Below, in pieces: positions 24,401 to 31,796 of a DNA stretch of 32,000 nucleotides. The number at the start of each line of letters is the position of its first letter. Within the stretch, counting starts at the first letter, position 1. Made by a program: the position numbers and the translations under genes. Origin of the DNA: Pseudothioglobus sp. nBUS_23 (GTDB taxonomy: Bacteria; Pseudomonadota; Gammaproteobacteria; PS1; Pseudothioglobaceae); NCBI RefSeq assembly GCF_051201565.1, contig NZ_CP179200.1, forward strand, positions 840,001-872,000, in the 5' to 3' direction. Under the pieces are notes generated by a model. The model was not told where the DNA came from. It ran no database searches and worked only from the letters and a program-made list of their open reading frames with translations.

Positions 24401-24543
24401 AATTAATGGTGTCAGGCAAAGATAAAATCAAGTACTTATCATACTGGAAAGGGCAAGTCTGTATTGCGGCTGATATTGATAGAAATGATAAGTTTATAGA
24501 GACCCTTATTCAATCAGAAAAGGATTTTCTTAAAAAACTTTAA
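21433..24543 (+). CDS. large single-pass membrane protein: signal peptide, 8x Cys-rich ectodomain repeats, TM helix, repeat linker, large cytoplasmic region
   Basis: Signal peptide MKKSFILFFFLSFFNSAHA. Eight W-x-C-x2-(G/N)-Y-x(5-9)-C modules between residues 70 and 310. TM helix VFIEIAAAIMLVYFLLKIF at residues 332-350, followed by a K-rich, positive-inside segment. Confidence 0.85.
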   Translation: MKKSFILFFFLSFFNSAHAQSCIQFAEDLGFNTWNNQGICLGVSREVNHKCYSYEANKRKLDCSIPSSDGWSCKKGYVKKGQKCEADTYVPKNAFKTASGWSCNFNYIKNSSGNACKSLPSNSYKTSESSFRCNYGYEKNISGSGCILKKTKQQKTKPDNSYFTNLTAKGWKCRGGYVQDNNNCVLEADFIPDHAISFGNSWVCGSNYTLNETGNGCQKVPLNGYSSRYSNSWDCKANYQKSGDRCILKTPKLKAPNNATVFGNTWRCDFNYRLTIAKNGCEKVPSNAYSTAGSNGWGCISGYEKYGRICKERVVKRSSEKESVNENESVNVFIEIAAAIMLVYFLLKIFTKKAPPSSSKPKAPKTEKPKTATTEKPRSFVVKEPKLKKENKTEKPKTATTEKPRSFVVKEPKLKKENKTEKPKTATTEKPRSFVVKEPKLKKENKTEKPKTATTEKPRSFVVKEPKLKKENKTAKTKSRAPQKFYAKNSLSLGDIETQKKKINWKNTLDGISKINNSSVGYLIPTKTGLTKGIFDATKELREFLFENNIHDYENYPFGEKKRIPVQLVTEKGIFSTSITLYRPNNKKPFPRLSISGINKFVEPKDLLVFKVIDNVLYIINNAHDGTYDYAHLHLKYVLNFNKLLSEDKLSFEQNKLYSRKDIGLICLPKTGRPKGGMWDTGYVRVKNNLIIFMNIGVPGRTEHDFNNSVNERSKTIMWYGKPNSHSFQPTIGKLISGELTPYFFARWDSSNVNFKFLGIGKIEYWRDGTPTVTGSGDKAETIEIKLTYQSVDDKKLITEPKSLNLIWSDKQPKVEPKVNSKVEPKVKPKVEPKVETKNQSTKKAQKNKESDSEKFTILNFDQFSDKYSKLVSSGVESIDAPTILGLMTSDLYEGLVKEKLKNNINQNLLSKELIGLEKKAIKSYSENIDFKLQKKIIQSKENPLFVASIYSSDEELNNLSSVICNEEAYLLAQIGMQPSDEIYAILQHQLMVSGKDKIKYLSYWKGQVCIAADIDRNDKFIETLIQSEKDFLKKL
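22525..22853 (+). repeat. in-frame 81-bp tandem repeat, 4 copies (27 aa each: KTEKPKTATTEKPRSFVVKEPKLKKEN)
   Basis: Units at 22525, 22606, 22687 and 22768. They are identical apart from one synonymous A/T difference in unit 1. Confidence 0.95.
23869..23940 (+). repeat. in-frame 24-bp tandem repeat, 3 imperfect copies (PKVEPKV..)
   Basis: CCAAAAGTAGAGCCTAAGGTTAAT, TCAAAAGTAGAGCCTAAGGTTAAG, CCAAAAGTAGAACCTAAGGTAGAA. Confidence 0.85.
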
Positions 24544-24602
24544 AGGATTTTGGAAAAATTAATAAACTATTTACTTTATAGTTTTTCCATTAGTTAAATA
24601 TA

Positions 24603-25121
24603 TTACATGATTACTGGACAAGAATTATCTAGTGTTAAATATGATTTGTCTAAGCCCTTTGTTTTAAATGAGTCAGTCGTAATATCTAAAATATCAATTA
24701 GTTTTTTCGGCCCAGTAACTGTTAATTCAACTCTGGATGATTCCTTTAGTTTTTCAACAAAGGCTTCAGATTTAATGATTGCACCAAAGTAGCCAACTTC
24801 TAGAAGAAACATTTCACCAGCAAACATTAAAGTGAACTGAAGCTCTTCATCCAGCTCCTCGCTATCAATTTTTATCTTGAAATAGACGTCCTCACCCTCA
24901 AACTTCTTCATCTCGCCATCGGAGATTCCAGAGGACCAGCTCACAAGCAAGATGTCAGAGTCACAGAACCTCAAATTTTTCATAAAACCAAACTGATGAC
25001 CCCAAACAATCTCCCCATGAGTAATGAGTCTGGTGTCGTCAATTAGATTCCAATTTTCTTCTGCGATAGAGTTAGAGCTAAGACCAACAAAAAGCAGTAT
25101 AAGAGTGAGTATTTTTTTCAT
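24603..25121 (-). CDS. secreted hypothetical protein (172 aa)
   Basis: Signal peptide MKKILTLILLFVGLSSNSIA. Last gene of a tightly packed minus-strand cluster. Confidence 0.7.
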   Translation of the reverse strand: MKKILTLILLFVGLSSNSIAEENWNLIDDTRLITHGEIVWGHQFGFMKNLRFCDSDILLVSWSSGISDGEMKKFEGEDVYFKIKIDSEELDEELQFTLMFAGEMFLLEVGYFGAIIKSEAFVEKLKESSRVELTVTGPKKLIDILDITTDSFKTKGLDKSYLTLDNSCPVIM

Positions 25122-25129
25122 ATTAGATC

Positions 25130-25315
25130 TTATTCTGTTGATTCAATTTTTGTATTTTCTGGCAGAGGCATACCACCTTCTGCCCAGTAATCATCACCAT
25201 CAGAGAGTGCAAAAGCGATTATTACTACGATGACTCCAAAGAACATAACGACTGCGTAAATAATTGAATCTGCTATAGAGACTAACCACACAAAAGCTGT
25301 CGTAATGATTCCCAT
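25130..25315 (-). CDS. small membrane protein (61 aa), WLVSIAD family
   Basis: N-terminal TM region with the WLVSIADSIIYAV motif, shared with the 26358..26552 product. Confidence 0.5.
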   Translation of the reverse strand: MGIITTAFVWLVSIADSIIYAVVMFFGVIVVIIAFALSDGDDYWAEGGMPLPENTKIESTE

Positions 25316-25318
25316 AAT

Positions 25319-25552
25319 TTAAAGTGACTTGCAGTATTCCATCATTTTTTCTGCTCCAATTTCTGAAGTGCCTCTAAACATACAATTAAGATACGAAAAA
25401 TCAATAAACCAATCGGCAATTAGAAAAAGAAATATAGGTATAGAAAATATAAAGAGGAACAAGACTGCTAACCTTCGTCTTTCAGTGCGTATGAGGCTAA
25501 TTCCATAAAAGAGACTAAACGCCCAGAGTAGTAAAAAAATGATGAGTAACAT
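25319..25552 (-). CDS. small membrane protein (77 aa, 2 TM)
   Basis: Strong SD AAGGAG 8 nt upstream of the ATG. Two hydrophobic helices. Confidence 0.6.
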   Translation of the reverse strand: MLLIIFLLLWAFSLFYGISLIRTERRRLAVLFLFIFSIPIFLFLIADWFIDFSYLNCMFRGTSEIGAEKMMEYCKSL

Positions 25553-25567
25553 GCGATTAACTCCTTT

Positions 25568-26074
25568 TTATATCAATAAAAGTTCTGCAATAACTTGAAG
25601 TGCAATAAGTATTAAGATGCCTATAAAGGCATACATTTCCAATGATTTAGTAGAGTGAGCATAGTTCAGTGAGACCATATAGATAACGTATAAGATAGCA
25701 CCAATTCCGCCAAAAAATCCAATCAAGGGCATTGAGTCAAAATAGCTCATGACAACCAGGATAAGAATAACTGGAATGTTTGCTGCGATAGAGATGATGA
25801 TGTCGTAATTCAGGAAAGTTAAATATGAGTGCCTGATGTTGACTCTGCCAAACCAATACATTAAGAATGCTGCATTAATAAAAGTAAAGACAAAGGAAAA
25901 TATAAGATCAAAAGCTAGAGGCTCATTGCCTTCCAATAGAATGCTACTTGGGATAACTAACAGCATGTTGATAATGAAGATTGGAACTATGGGGTATTTT
26001 CTATAATGCTCAATCTCTTGAGATTGAACGCCCATTAAATCAATTAAATCATTTATTAGTGAGGTTATTTTCAT
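25568..26074 (-). CDS. multi-pass membrane protein (168 aa from ATG 26074; Yip1-like topology, tentative)
   Basis: Paralogous to the 31284..31796 product (LINDLIDL..Q..EIEHY.KYP, then about 5 hydrophobic helices). The track start at 26092 is a TTG. The ATG at 26074 overlaps the upstream stop (TAATG). Confidence 0.7.
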   Translation of the reverse strand: MKITSLINDLIDLMGVQSQEIEHYRKYPIVPIFIINMLLVIPSSILLEGNEPLAFDLIFSFVFTFINAAFLMYWFGRVNIRHSYLTFLNYDIIISIAANIPVILILVVMSYFDSMPLIGFFGGIGAILYVIYMVSLNYAHSTKSLEMYAFIGILILIALQVIAELLLI

Positions 26075-26358
26075 TAGTCTATCCAGAAACAAATGTGAGA
26101 AAATTTTTCTTCAAGAGCTGTATCCCAAATTTTGGAGCAGAAATCATGGTACTCATATTGTGTGAAATCAGCATCAAGATGCCCCTCAGAAACTAGCAGT
26201 TCAAGTTGCATATAGTACTTGTCGTTATAGATCATCTTAACGCCAGCGTAGAATGCCAATGAGACTAAGATTATCGTAATTGGGATGACTAGATAAATAG
26301 CCTTGCGCTGCTTCTTGATGGACTCCTTTGTTTGTTCCTCTGTCCAGTTATTATTCAT
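26074..26358 (-). CDS. single-pass membrane protein (94 aa), WTEEQTKES family
   Basis: Paralogous to the 29280..29570 product: WTEEQTKES(I/V)..Q.KA, a TM helix, EGHLDADFTQYEYHDFC and a C-terminal CxWID. Confidence 0.7.
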   Translation of the reverse strand: MNNNWTEEQTKESIKKQRKAIYLVIPITIILVSLAFYAGVKMIYNDKYYMQLELLVSEGHLDADFTQYEYHDFCSKIWDTALEEKFSHICFWID

Positions 26359-26552
26359 TAGTCGACTATGCCAAATTCTTTCATATAACAGCTCTCAACT
26401 CCGGTATTGGAGGTTTCACAATGGAGGACTTTTCCATTCTCATCTTGCAAGATACCAGCCATAGTAAAGGTCCAAAGCAATACAAAAAAGCCAATAAAAG
26501 TAAAGACGGCAGCAAGGATAGTGTCAGCAATGGAGACGAGCCAAGAGAGCAT
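26358..26552 (-). CDS. small membrane protein (64 aa), WLVSIAD family
   Basis: MLSWLVSIADTILAAV... Coupled to both neighbours (TAAATG and TAATG junctions). Confidence 0.55.
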   Translation of the reverse strand: MLSWLVSIADTILAAVFTFIGFFVLLWTFTMAGILQDENGKVLHCETSNTGVESCYMKEFGIVD

Positions 26553-26762
26553 TTACCAGACTCCCTCTGAAAGGCAGCCCCAAAAAATAGTGCCCTCCAT
26601 TTTTGAACACAACATTGCTAGGTCATACTGTGAGTAATCACTACTCAAAACACCTTGTGTAATTAATGCCTCAATTTCTTGATTTCCAATGTAATCAGTA
26701 ATTGTGATAATAACTGCCAAAATAATAATTATTATTAAAAATATTTTTAGCAATACTTTCAT
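26553..26762 (-). CDS. small single-pass membrane protein (69 aa)
   Basis: N-terminal TM helix. The tail QGVLSSDYSQYDLAMLCSKMEG resembles the ectodomain of the WTEEQTKES family. ATGA overlap with the upstream gene. Confidence 0.55.
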   Translation of the reverse strand: MKVLLKIFLIIIIILAVIITITDYIGNQEIEALITQGVLSSDYSQYDLAMLCSKMEGTIFWGCLSEGVW

Positions 26763-27016
26763 ATAGTATTTGATAGATAAAAGTAAGTGCTAGGTGTAAA
26801 GAACACTATCAGTATTAGTGGAGTAATAAGTTTGAGATTGTTCTTTTTAAACAAACGAATAACGATTAACAGAATAGAAATGATAATGGCAATGAACATG
26901 ATAGTTTCAACCATACAGCCAACAACAGGTGAGCATAGATGAGGGCCTGCCAAAGAGCTCATGAGCATCAAAAGACCTATCGCCGAGCTAATGCCCCAGG
27001 TGACCCAGTACTTCAT
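26759..27016 (-). CDS. small membrane protein (85 aa, about 3 TM), first gene of the minus-strand cluster
   Basis: Hydrophobic throughout. Followed by a 246-bp divergent intergenic region. Confidence 0.6.
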   Translation of the reverse strand: MKYWVTWGISSAIGLLMLMSSLAGPHLCSPVVGCMVETIMFIAIIISILLIVIRLFKKNNLKLITPLILIVFFTPSTYFYLSNTI

Positions 27017-27310
27017 CTTTATCTTGTTTTCGATTTTTTATCCCTAATTAATAAAACCAATGCGAGCTATTAAGCCATATGTGAATAGTATGTGAGTGTT
27101 TCTTTGGTTAGTATATACCCATTATTTGACTATGGTTCAAACCACACCATAAATTCATTAAATCTACACAAAAGTCAAAAACTCAAGGCCTAGAATGGAA
27201 CTTATTTGTTCTCCTAATGCTAAGGTGAGATTAGTTAAATAGCGTTCCTTCTCACATCAAAGGTGACTCTCCTTTTTTCCTTTGATTGTTCGCTATCTAT
27301 TTGGCACTTA

Positions 27311-27805
27311 ATGAAACAACTCCTACTGTTATCTTTATTATTCTTATCCTTTGGCTTATCAGCCGACACTAGCAAATCTAAAACAATTAATAACTTAACT
27401 GTTACTGTCCATGGAGGTAAGGCTCTCGCCCATGATAGAGACTTTGTTGAGGTCTATAAGGGTGATAAACACGTCTTTAGTTTTGATTGTAATGAGATGT
27501 ATCTCTGTAATATCTACACTACAATTAAAGACGATCCAGTTTATAAAATCATGGATGGCATGGTCTATGAGTCAGCATCAGAGGACCTACTTCAGCTGAC
27601 ACTTGATAACGTCCAAGAGGTTGTCGGTGATAACCCAAATTTCTATGACGGCACCATCAGTTTCTTTGTCAGTTATGCGGGTGCCACTGGCGCCTATGGA
27701 AATAACACGATGTATACGATTAACACTGAGCGAGGCAGCGTCTCGATGTCAAGGAGAGAATACTATCATTATATTTATGGGATGGCTAAGCCAGCACATG
27801 ATTAA
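27311..27805 (+). CDS. secreted hypothetical protein (164 aa from ATG 27311)
   Basis: Signal peptide MKQLLLLSLLFLSFGLSA. The track start at 27263 is a GTG that adds 16 non-signal residues. Confidence 0.65.
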   Translation: MKQLLLLSLLFLSFGLSADTSKSKTINNLTVTVHGGKALAHDRDFVEVYKGDKHVFSFDCNEMYLCNIYTTIKDDPVYKIMDGMVYESASEDLLQLTLDNVQEVVGDNPNFYDGTISFFVSYAGATGAYGNNTMYTINTERGSVSMSRREYYHYIYGMAKPAHD

Positions 27806-28004
27806 AACAATCTTAAAATACCATTTAATTCAATGTTTATGCTTAATGGCTTTTACTCACTATTCTTTAGCATCTGAGACTAATGAGACCCAAACTCAAC
27901 CTGAAATAGATTGGGAGCTCATAGTTCCTCAAGAAATTTTGCAGGGAACTAGATGTACAATTTCAGAGGAGGAAAGATTATTTATAGAATCCTTTTTCTC
28001 CTAA
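27798..28004 (+). CDS. possible small secreted protein (68 aa); doubtful
   Basis: The ATG at 27798 gives MIKTILKYHLIQCLCLMAFTHYSLA, which is signal-like. It overlaps the next ORF by 52 nt and could instead be a frame remnant. Confidence 0.3.
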   Translation: MIKTILKYHLIQCLCLMAFTHYSLASETNETQTQPEIDWELIVPQEILQGTRCTISEEERLFIESFFS

Positions 28005-28825
28005 CTATTCATTTATTTCAGCCTTCTTTTGCCGATTCAGACTGGGAGCCCTCTATGTATGAGGAGGACTACAACACCCAGTATATTGAAATGGGGCTTC
28101 CTGAGTTCTATAGATTAATGAATAGCAGGACGCCAATCTATATCGAGTTTACAGACGTCATTGAGGGGAGATACAGGGTTAATGTTGAGTGGTTCCCTGA
28201 TTACGGCTTGGCTCCTCTTCTAACAGGGCCAGCAAATATCAATTTTAAGGCAATTGATAGTGATATTAGCTTTACTGTCAGAAATGAGCTATTTCACGTC
28301 CCTAACGCCTATTTTCATACCAAGTATCCGCTGAGTATCGAATACATCGAGAGCAAAGAGCCTATCAAGATGCCTTTTTGGTATCTCCCTAAAAAACCAT
28401 TTGAATTTAGGGACGTGAACTTTGATGGAGTAAACGAACTCGTCATTAGAGAGGAAATGGGAGGACAGAGATTCTATGACTCATTTTCTGTTTATTTAAT
28501 CCAGGAAGGTGATGACTATTTTAATATAGTCGATATGTCAAAGATTAAGCCATACAAATACTTTGATGAGACCACAGAGTTTAATTGGGAGAATCAAACC
28601 GTATACATGTACTACTCGGGAGGTGCCTGCTCTTCCTCATATGAGCTCTATGAGAGGGTGTTTCATGAGAACACATTGGAAAACTATGAGTTCAAACTTA
28701 TTAAGAGTGAAGACTATGACTACCAAGACAAGAAGGGGAATAACATTGGCTGCCACAAATATGTCTATGACGTTATCGATGGTAAGAAGGTCTTTAATGA
28801 GGTTGAGTCAGGCCCAGTAAAATAA
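27953..28825 (+). CDS. secreted hypothetical protein (290 aa)
   Basis: The N-terminus IIYRILFLLTIHLFQPSFA is signal-like. Long uninterrupted ORF. Confidence 0.65.
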   Translation: MYNFRGGKIIYRILFLLTIHLFQPSFADSDWEPSMYEEDYNTQYIEMGLPEFYRLMNSRTPIYIEFTDVIEGRYRVNVEWFPDYGLAPLLTGPANINFKAIDSDISFTVRNELFHVPNAYFHTKYPLSIEYIESKEPIKMPFWYLPKKPFEFRDVNFDGVNELVIREEMGGQRFYDSFSVYLIQEGDDYFNIVDMSKIKPYKYFDETTEFNWENQTVYMYYSGGACSSSYELYERVFHENTLENYEFKLIKSEDYDYQDKKGNNIGCHKYVYDVIDGKKVFNEVESGPVK

Positions 28826-28884
28826 GGATCATCATGATATATATTTTGTAGTAGAATTCGATAATAATAATTTAGGAGGTAAGT

Positions 28885-29205
28885 ATGAAAAAGATTTCAA
28901 TAATTTCCCTGTTTTTATTTTCCATTTTGTTTTCACTAAACTCTTTTGCTTCATGTGTTTACAAATATGACTGGCAAACTGGAAATAATTATCGGGTTTG
29001 TACAAATTCTAATAGTACCACCTTATACGGTAATAATTATAATACTGGATCAAGTTGGAACCAAACTAGCTATTCTAATGGAAGCTACAATGGTAGGGAT
29101 AGCAACGGCAATTATTATAATGGCAACAATAATACTGGCTATTATTTTAACTCAGGCACTGGAAAAACTTGTTACGGGCAAGGAATTTATAGAAGATGCT
29201 ATTGA
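28885..29205 (+). CDS. small secreted Asn/Tyr/Gly-rich, 4-Cys protein (106 aa)
   Basis: Strong SD AGGAGG at 28874-28879. Signal peptide MKKISIISLFLFSILFSLNSFA. The mature part is low-complexity (GNNYNTGSSWNQTSYSNGSYNGRDSNGNYYNGNNNTGYYFNSG) and bracketed by Cys pairs. Confidence 0.7.
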   Translation: MKKISIISLFLFSILFSLNSFASCVYKYDWQTGNNYRVCTNSNSTTLYGNNYNTGSSWNQTSYSNGSYNGRDSNGNYYNGNNNTGYYFNSGTGKTCYGQGIYRRCY

Positions 29206-29279
29206 GAAGATTCTTAAGAAACACTCAGTAAATTTAATCTTTTAATGCCCGCTTACGTTTCAGAAAAGTCAAAGTAAAT

Positions 29280-29570
29280 TTGTCCTGGACTGAAGAACAA
29301 ACAAAGGAATCTGTAAGAAGGCAAAAGAAAGCCCTTTTAATAGCAATACCAATTATTCCCATAGTATTGTTTGCTCTAATGGCAGTATTCGCCTACGTTG
29401 TCCACCATTGGTTTATGGAGCCACCTGAATATCATGTGCAAATAGAGCAATTAATTGAAAGAGGTTATCTGAGTAAAGATTTCACTGTTACTGAATATTT
29501 AGACTTCTGTGAAAATATAGAGCAATCCTTGTATGACACTTATGATTATGTTTGCAGGTGGATAGATTAA
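29280..29570 (+). CDS. single-pass membrane protein (96 aa), WTEEQTKES family
   Basis: TTG start. Paralogous to the 26074..26358 product. Ends in CRWID, and its stop overlaps the next ATG (TAATG). Confidence 0.65.
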   Translation: MSWTEEQTKESVRRQKKALLIAIPIIPIVLFALMAVFAYVVHHWFMEPPEYHVQIEQLIERGYLSKDFTVTEYLDFCENIEQSLYDTYDYVCRWID

Positions 29571-30154
29571 TGAAAAAACTCCTACTAATCTTTTTACTTT
29601 CAATGTCTCAAATAACATCTGCTGATGAGCTATCTGATTTTGAAGTATTAGGTATGAGTATTGGTGATAGTTTGATGGACTTTATGCCTGAAGTTGATAT
29701 TCTTTATGGGATTGAAAAATATAAAGGTTCAAATAGATATTCTCATCTCAGAGAGCCAGATAAATTTTTTGAAATCACAGTCCCTAAACAAGAAAATGAT
29801 TTATATGATGGAGCTGAAGTTTTTATTAAAAATACTAAAACAAAGGAATATAAAATTTACGGTATTAGAGGCTACAGATATTACATAGAAGATTTTGACG
29901 CTTGCATTAAAAAGAGAAATCAAATTTCAGAAATCTTAATCAATTTTTTCCCAGATTCAAAAACTGGCTCATTAATAACTGAAGATAAAACTGGAATTAC
30001 GGACAATTTCTCTATTGGTAATTCGGAAAGAATTATTGATGTTAACTGTATAAACCTTGAAGAAACTTATAGACTTAAGAATAATTTTTTAGAAGGCCTT
30101 TCATTTGTTATTCGTAACAAAGAGTTTAGTAATTGGGCACTTGATTTCAAGTGA
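29570..30154 (+). CDS. secreted hypothetical protein (194 aa from ATG 29570)
   Basis: Signal peptide MKKLLLIFLLSMSQITSA. The track start at 29552 is a TTG inside the upstream gene. Confidence 0.7.
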   Translation: MKKLLLIFLLSMSQITSADELSDFEVLGMSIGDSLMDFMPEVDILYGIEKYKGSNRYSHLREPDKFFEITVPKQENDLYDGAEVFIKNTKTKEYKIYGIRGYRYYIEDFDACIKKRNQISEILINFFPDSKTGSLITEDKTGITDNFSIGNSERIIDVNCINLEETYRLKNNFLEGLSFVIRNKEFSNWALDFK

Positions 30155-30167
30155 AATGTTTTAGCTA

Positions 30168-30572
30168 CTAAATGTTTTTAATAATCTTGGCTTCTTTAAG
30201 CTGTTTTTTCTTATCTCTTAACTTATTATCCCGGATAGTGTCTTTATAGTGCCAAATGTAGTATCTTTTCAGAGAATGAATTAACTTTGACATGTCAAAG
30301 AAATATGGCTCGGCTTCACCCTTGTTAAACTCGAGCTCATTATCTCTTTGACTCTTTCTCAAATATGATATTGTTTGAAGATAGTAGACTGGAAAGAAAA
30401 ATACAACAAGGTTTACAATAAGAAGAGACAGAAAAAACCAGATATGACTGAACCAACTTTCATGATGGTCACCAATACCTCCTATTCCTAGGACATAGCC
30501 AATAACAAGTAATACAGAAGGGATAAATACCGATAGAAAGAGTATAAATGAGAATATTGCTAGTTTATTCAT
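30168..30572 (-). CDS. membrane protein (134 aa, 2 TM, basic C-terminal tail)
   Basis: Two hydrophobic helices followed by a K/R-rich tail. Confidence 0.6.
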   Translation of the reverse strand: MNKLAIFSFILFLSVFIPSVLLVIGYVLGIGGIGDHHESWFSHIWFFLSLLIVNLVVFFFPVYYLQTISYLRKSQRDNELEFNKGEAEPYFFDMSKLIHSLKRYYIWHYKDTIRDNKLRDKKKQLKEAKIIKNI

Positions 30573-30580
30573 AAAAAGGA

Positions 30581-30964
30581 TTATAACTCAGCCTGACAAG
30601 CTAGGGTTAGGCTATAGTCGCCAACTGAACCCTTTACAGGTTCTATCCAGCCTTCATTCAGTATTGTAAGGTCCATCGTTTCTGGTTCTCCTTGAGCCAT
30701 CTCTTGGGTGTACCCATTAAACGTTATATTTTTATAACGATATAAGTCACAGTCTGCCTTGTGATACGTTGCGATGCTTAAAAGCCTATCAGTTGGCTTC
30801 GCATAGTTAACCATTTCCCAGTAGTAAACATACCCATCGGTTTTTTCCATTTCATCAAAGTCAACATAATGGACGTTCTCGTTGGCGTCCATAACAAAGC
30901 CAACCCAGTCACCAAAGGAGTTTAAGGAGAGCAGTAAAAAGAATATAAGAATAAATTTATTCAT
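30581..30964 (-). CDS. secreted protein (127 aa), surface-adhesin-E-like (tentative)
   Basis: Signal peptide MNKFILIFFLLLSLNSFG. The pattern W..V...... HYVDFDEMEK..GYVYYWEMVNY....... LSIATYHKADCDLYRYKN recalls the protein E / surface-adhesin E family. This is recalled from memory and not searched. Confidence 0.6.
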   Translation of the reverse strand: MNKFILIFFLLLSLNSFGDWVGFVMDANENVHYVDFDEMEKTDGYVYYWEMVNYAKPTDRLLSIATYHKADCDLYRYKNITFNGYTQEMAQGEPETMDLTILNEGWIEPVKGSVGDYSLTLACQAEL

Positions 30965-31245
30965 TTTGTGCCATCAATACCAAATAGCTTAATCCATTCA
31001 ATCTCGGCTAGTTTGTTTAAATGACTTTGATGTCTGGCTTTGTGAGATTTCCACATTAATTCGATAGGATAAGCAAATAATAGTAAAAAAATGATTACAA
31101 GGATATTCTCATTGAATAATTTTGCAGCAAAGAATGCTTGCTCAGGTGTAACTCTTTTAAAAATGATCCACGCCAGATAATAAAAAGCACAAACTAATAA
31201 TAAGCCTATAAATGCGCCCAGTAAATAAGTTAATTTATCTTTCAT
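30961..31245 (-). CDS. membrane protein (94 aa, 2 TM)
   Basis: ATGA overlap with the downstream gene. Two hydrophobic helices. Confidence 0.6.
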   Translation of the reverse strand: MKDKLTYLLGAFIGLLLVCAFYYLAWIIFKRVTPEQAFFAAKLFNENILVIIFLLLFAYPIELMWKSHKARHQSHLNKLAEIEWIKLFGIDGTK

Positions 31246-31283
31246 AAGTCGATTATAAGTCGCCTTGAACTAAAGTTCAAATC

Positions 31284-31796
31284 TCATATAGAAAAAATTG
31301 TCATGTCAACTATTAACTGAATAAGTCCAATAATTAATACACCTCCAAGGGCATATTTTTTTGTTACCCCTGATGCTATAGCAAGATTAACTATTGCTAA
31401 ATAAAGGGCATAAATTAATGCTGTGAATGGGATTATCAAGAAAGCCCAAGATTGAGAGTTTAAGTTTAATAATAATAATCCCAATAGATTTAGTGGAATA
31501 ACAATGCTGATTGAAAGTATTAAAATAAAGTCTAATACTATTGAAAATGAGTATTTTTTATCTTTGCGACCTAACCAGTAGACTAAAAAATACGCCTCAA
31601 GAATGGTGACTAAAAAAACATTAGCAACATTTGACAGAATGTTAATCGAGCTATTCGTTTTTTCAACCTCATATAAAAAGTTAAATGGAATATAAAGCAC
31701 GAGCATAATGACAAACATCAATGCGGTTGGATATTTACTGTAATGCTCTATATCCTTAGGCTGAAGTTTCAGAAAATCAATTAAATCATTTATCAT
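31284..31796 (-). CDS. multi-pass membrane protein (170 aa), paralogue of the 25568..26074 product
   Basis: MINDLIDFLKLQPKDIEHYSKYP followed by about 5 TM helices. Confidence 0.7.
   Translation of the reverse strand: MINDLIDFLKLQPKDIEHYSKYPTALMFVIMLVLYIPFNFLYEVEKTNSSINILSNVANVFLVTILEAYFLVYWLGRKDKKYSFSIVLDFILILSISIVIPLNLLGLLLLNLNSQSWAFLIIPFTALIYALYLAIVNLAIASGVTKKYALGGVLIIGLIQLIVDMTIFSI

Noticed and set aside
26328-26637. Plus-strand ORFs of 76-80 aa antisense to the small membrane-protein genes, with similar ones at 24607-24792, 25024-25233 and 25981-26196
   Set aside because: The minus-strand genes form a coupled array with start/stop overlaps, an SD where I checked, TM helices and paralogues elsewhere in the window. 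The plus-strand ORFs have none of these.
27133-27148. TGGTTCAAACCACACC, considered as a remnant of the tRNA-Ser 3' end (GGTTCGAATCC...ACCACAC) marking attR
   Set aside because: Only about 9 of 11 plus 7 scattered matches, and about 16 nt of the T-arm/acceptor sequence are missing. I cannot distinguish this from chance by eye. The location in a 246-bp divergent intergenic region is suggestive but not sufficient.
27603-27797. N-terminal part of the 27603..28004 track ORF
   Set aside because: It lies out of frame inside the 27311..27805 secreted-protein gene. Only the portion from ATG 27798 is kept, and that at low confidence.
28946-29245. 99-aa alternative-frame ORF overlapping the Asn/Tyr-rich gene
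   Set aside because: The 28885 frame has a strong SD and a signal peptide. The alternative frame has neither and reads as an Ile/Thr-rich translation of the same low-complexity DNA.
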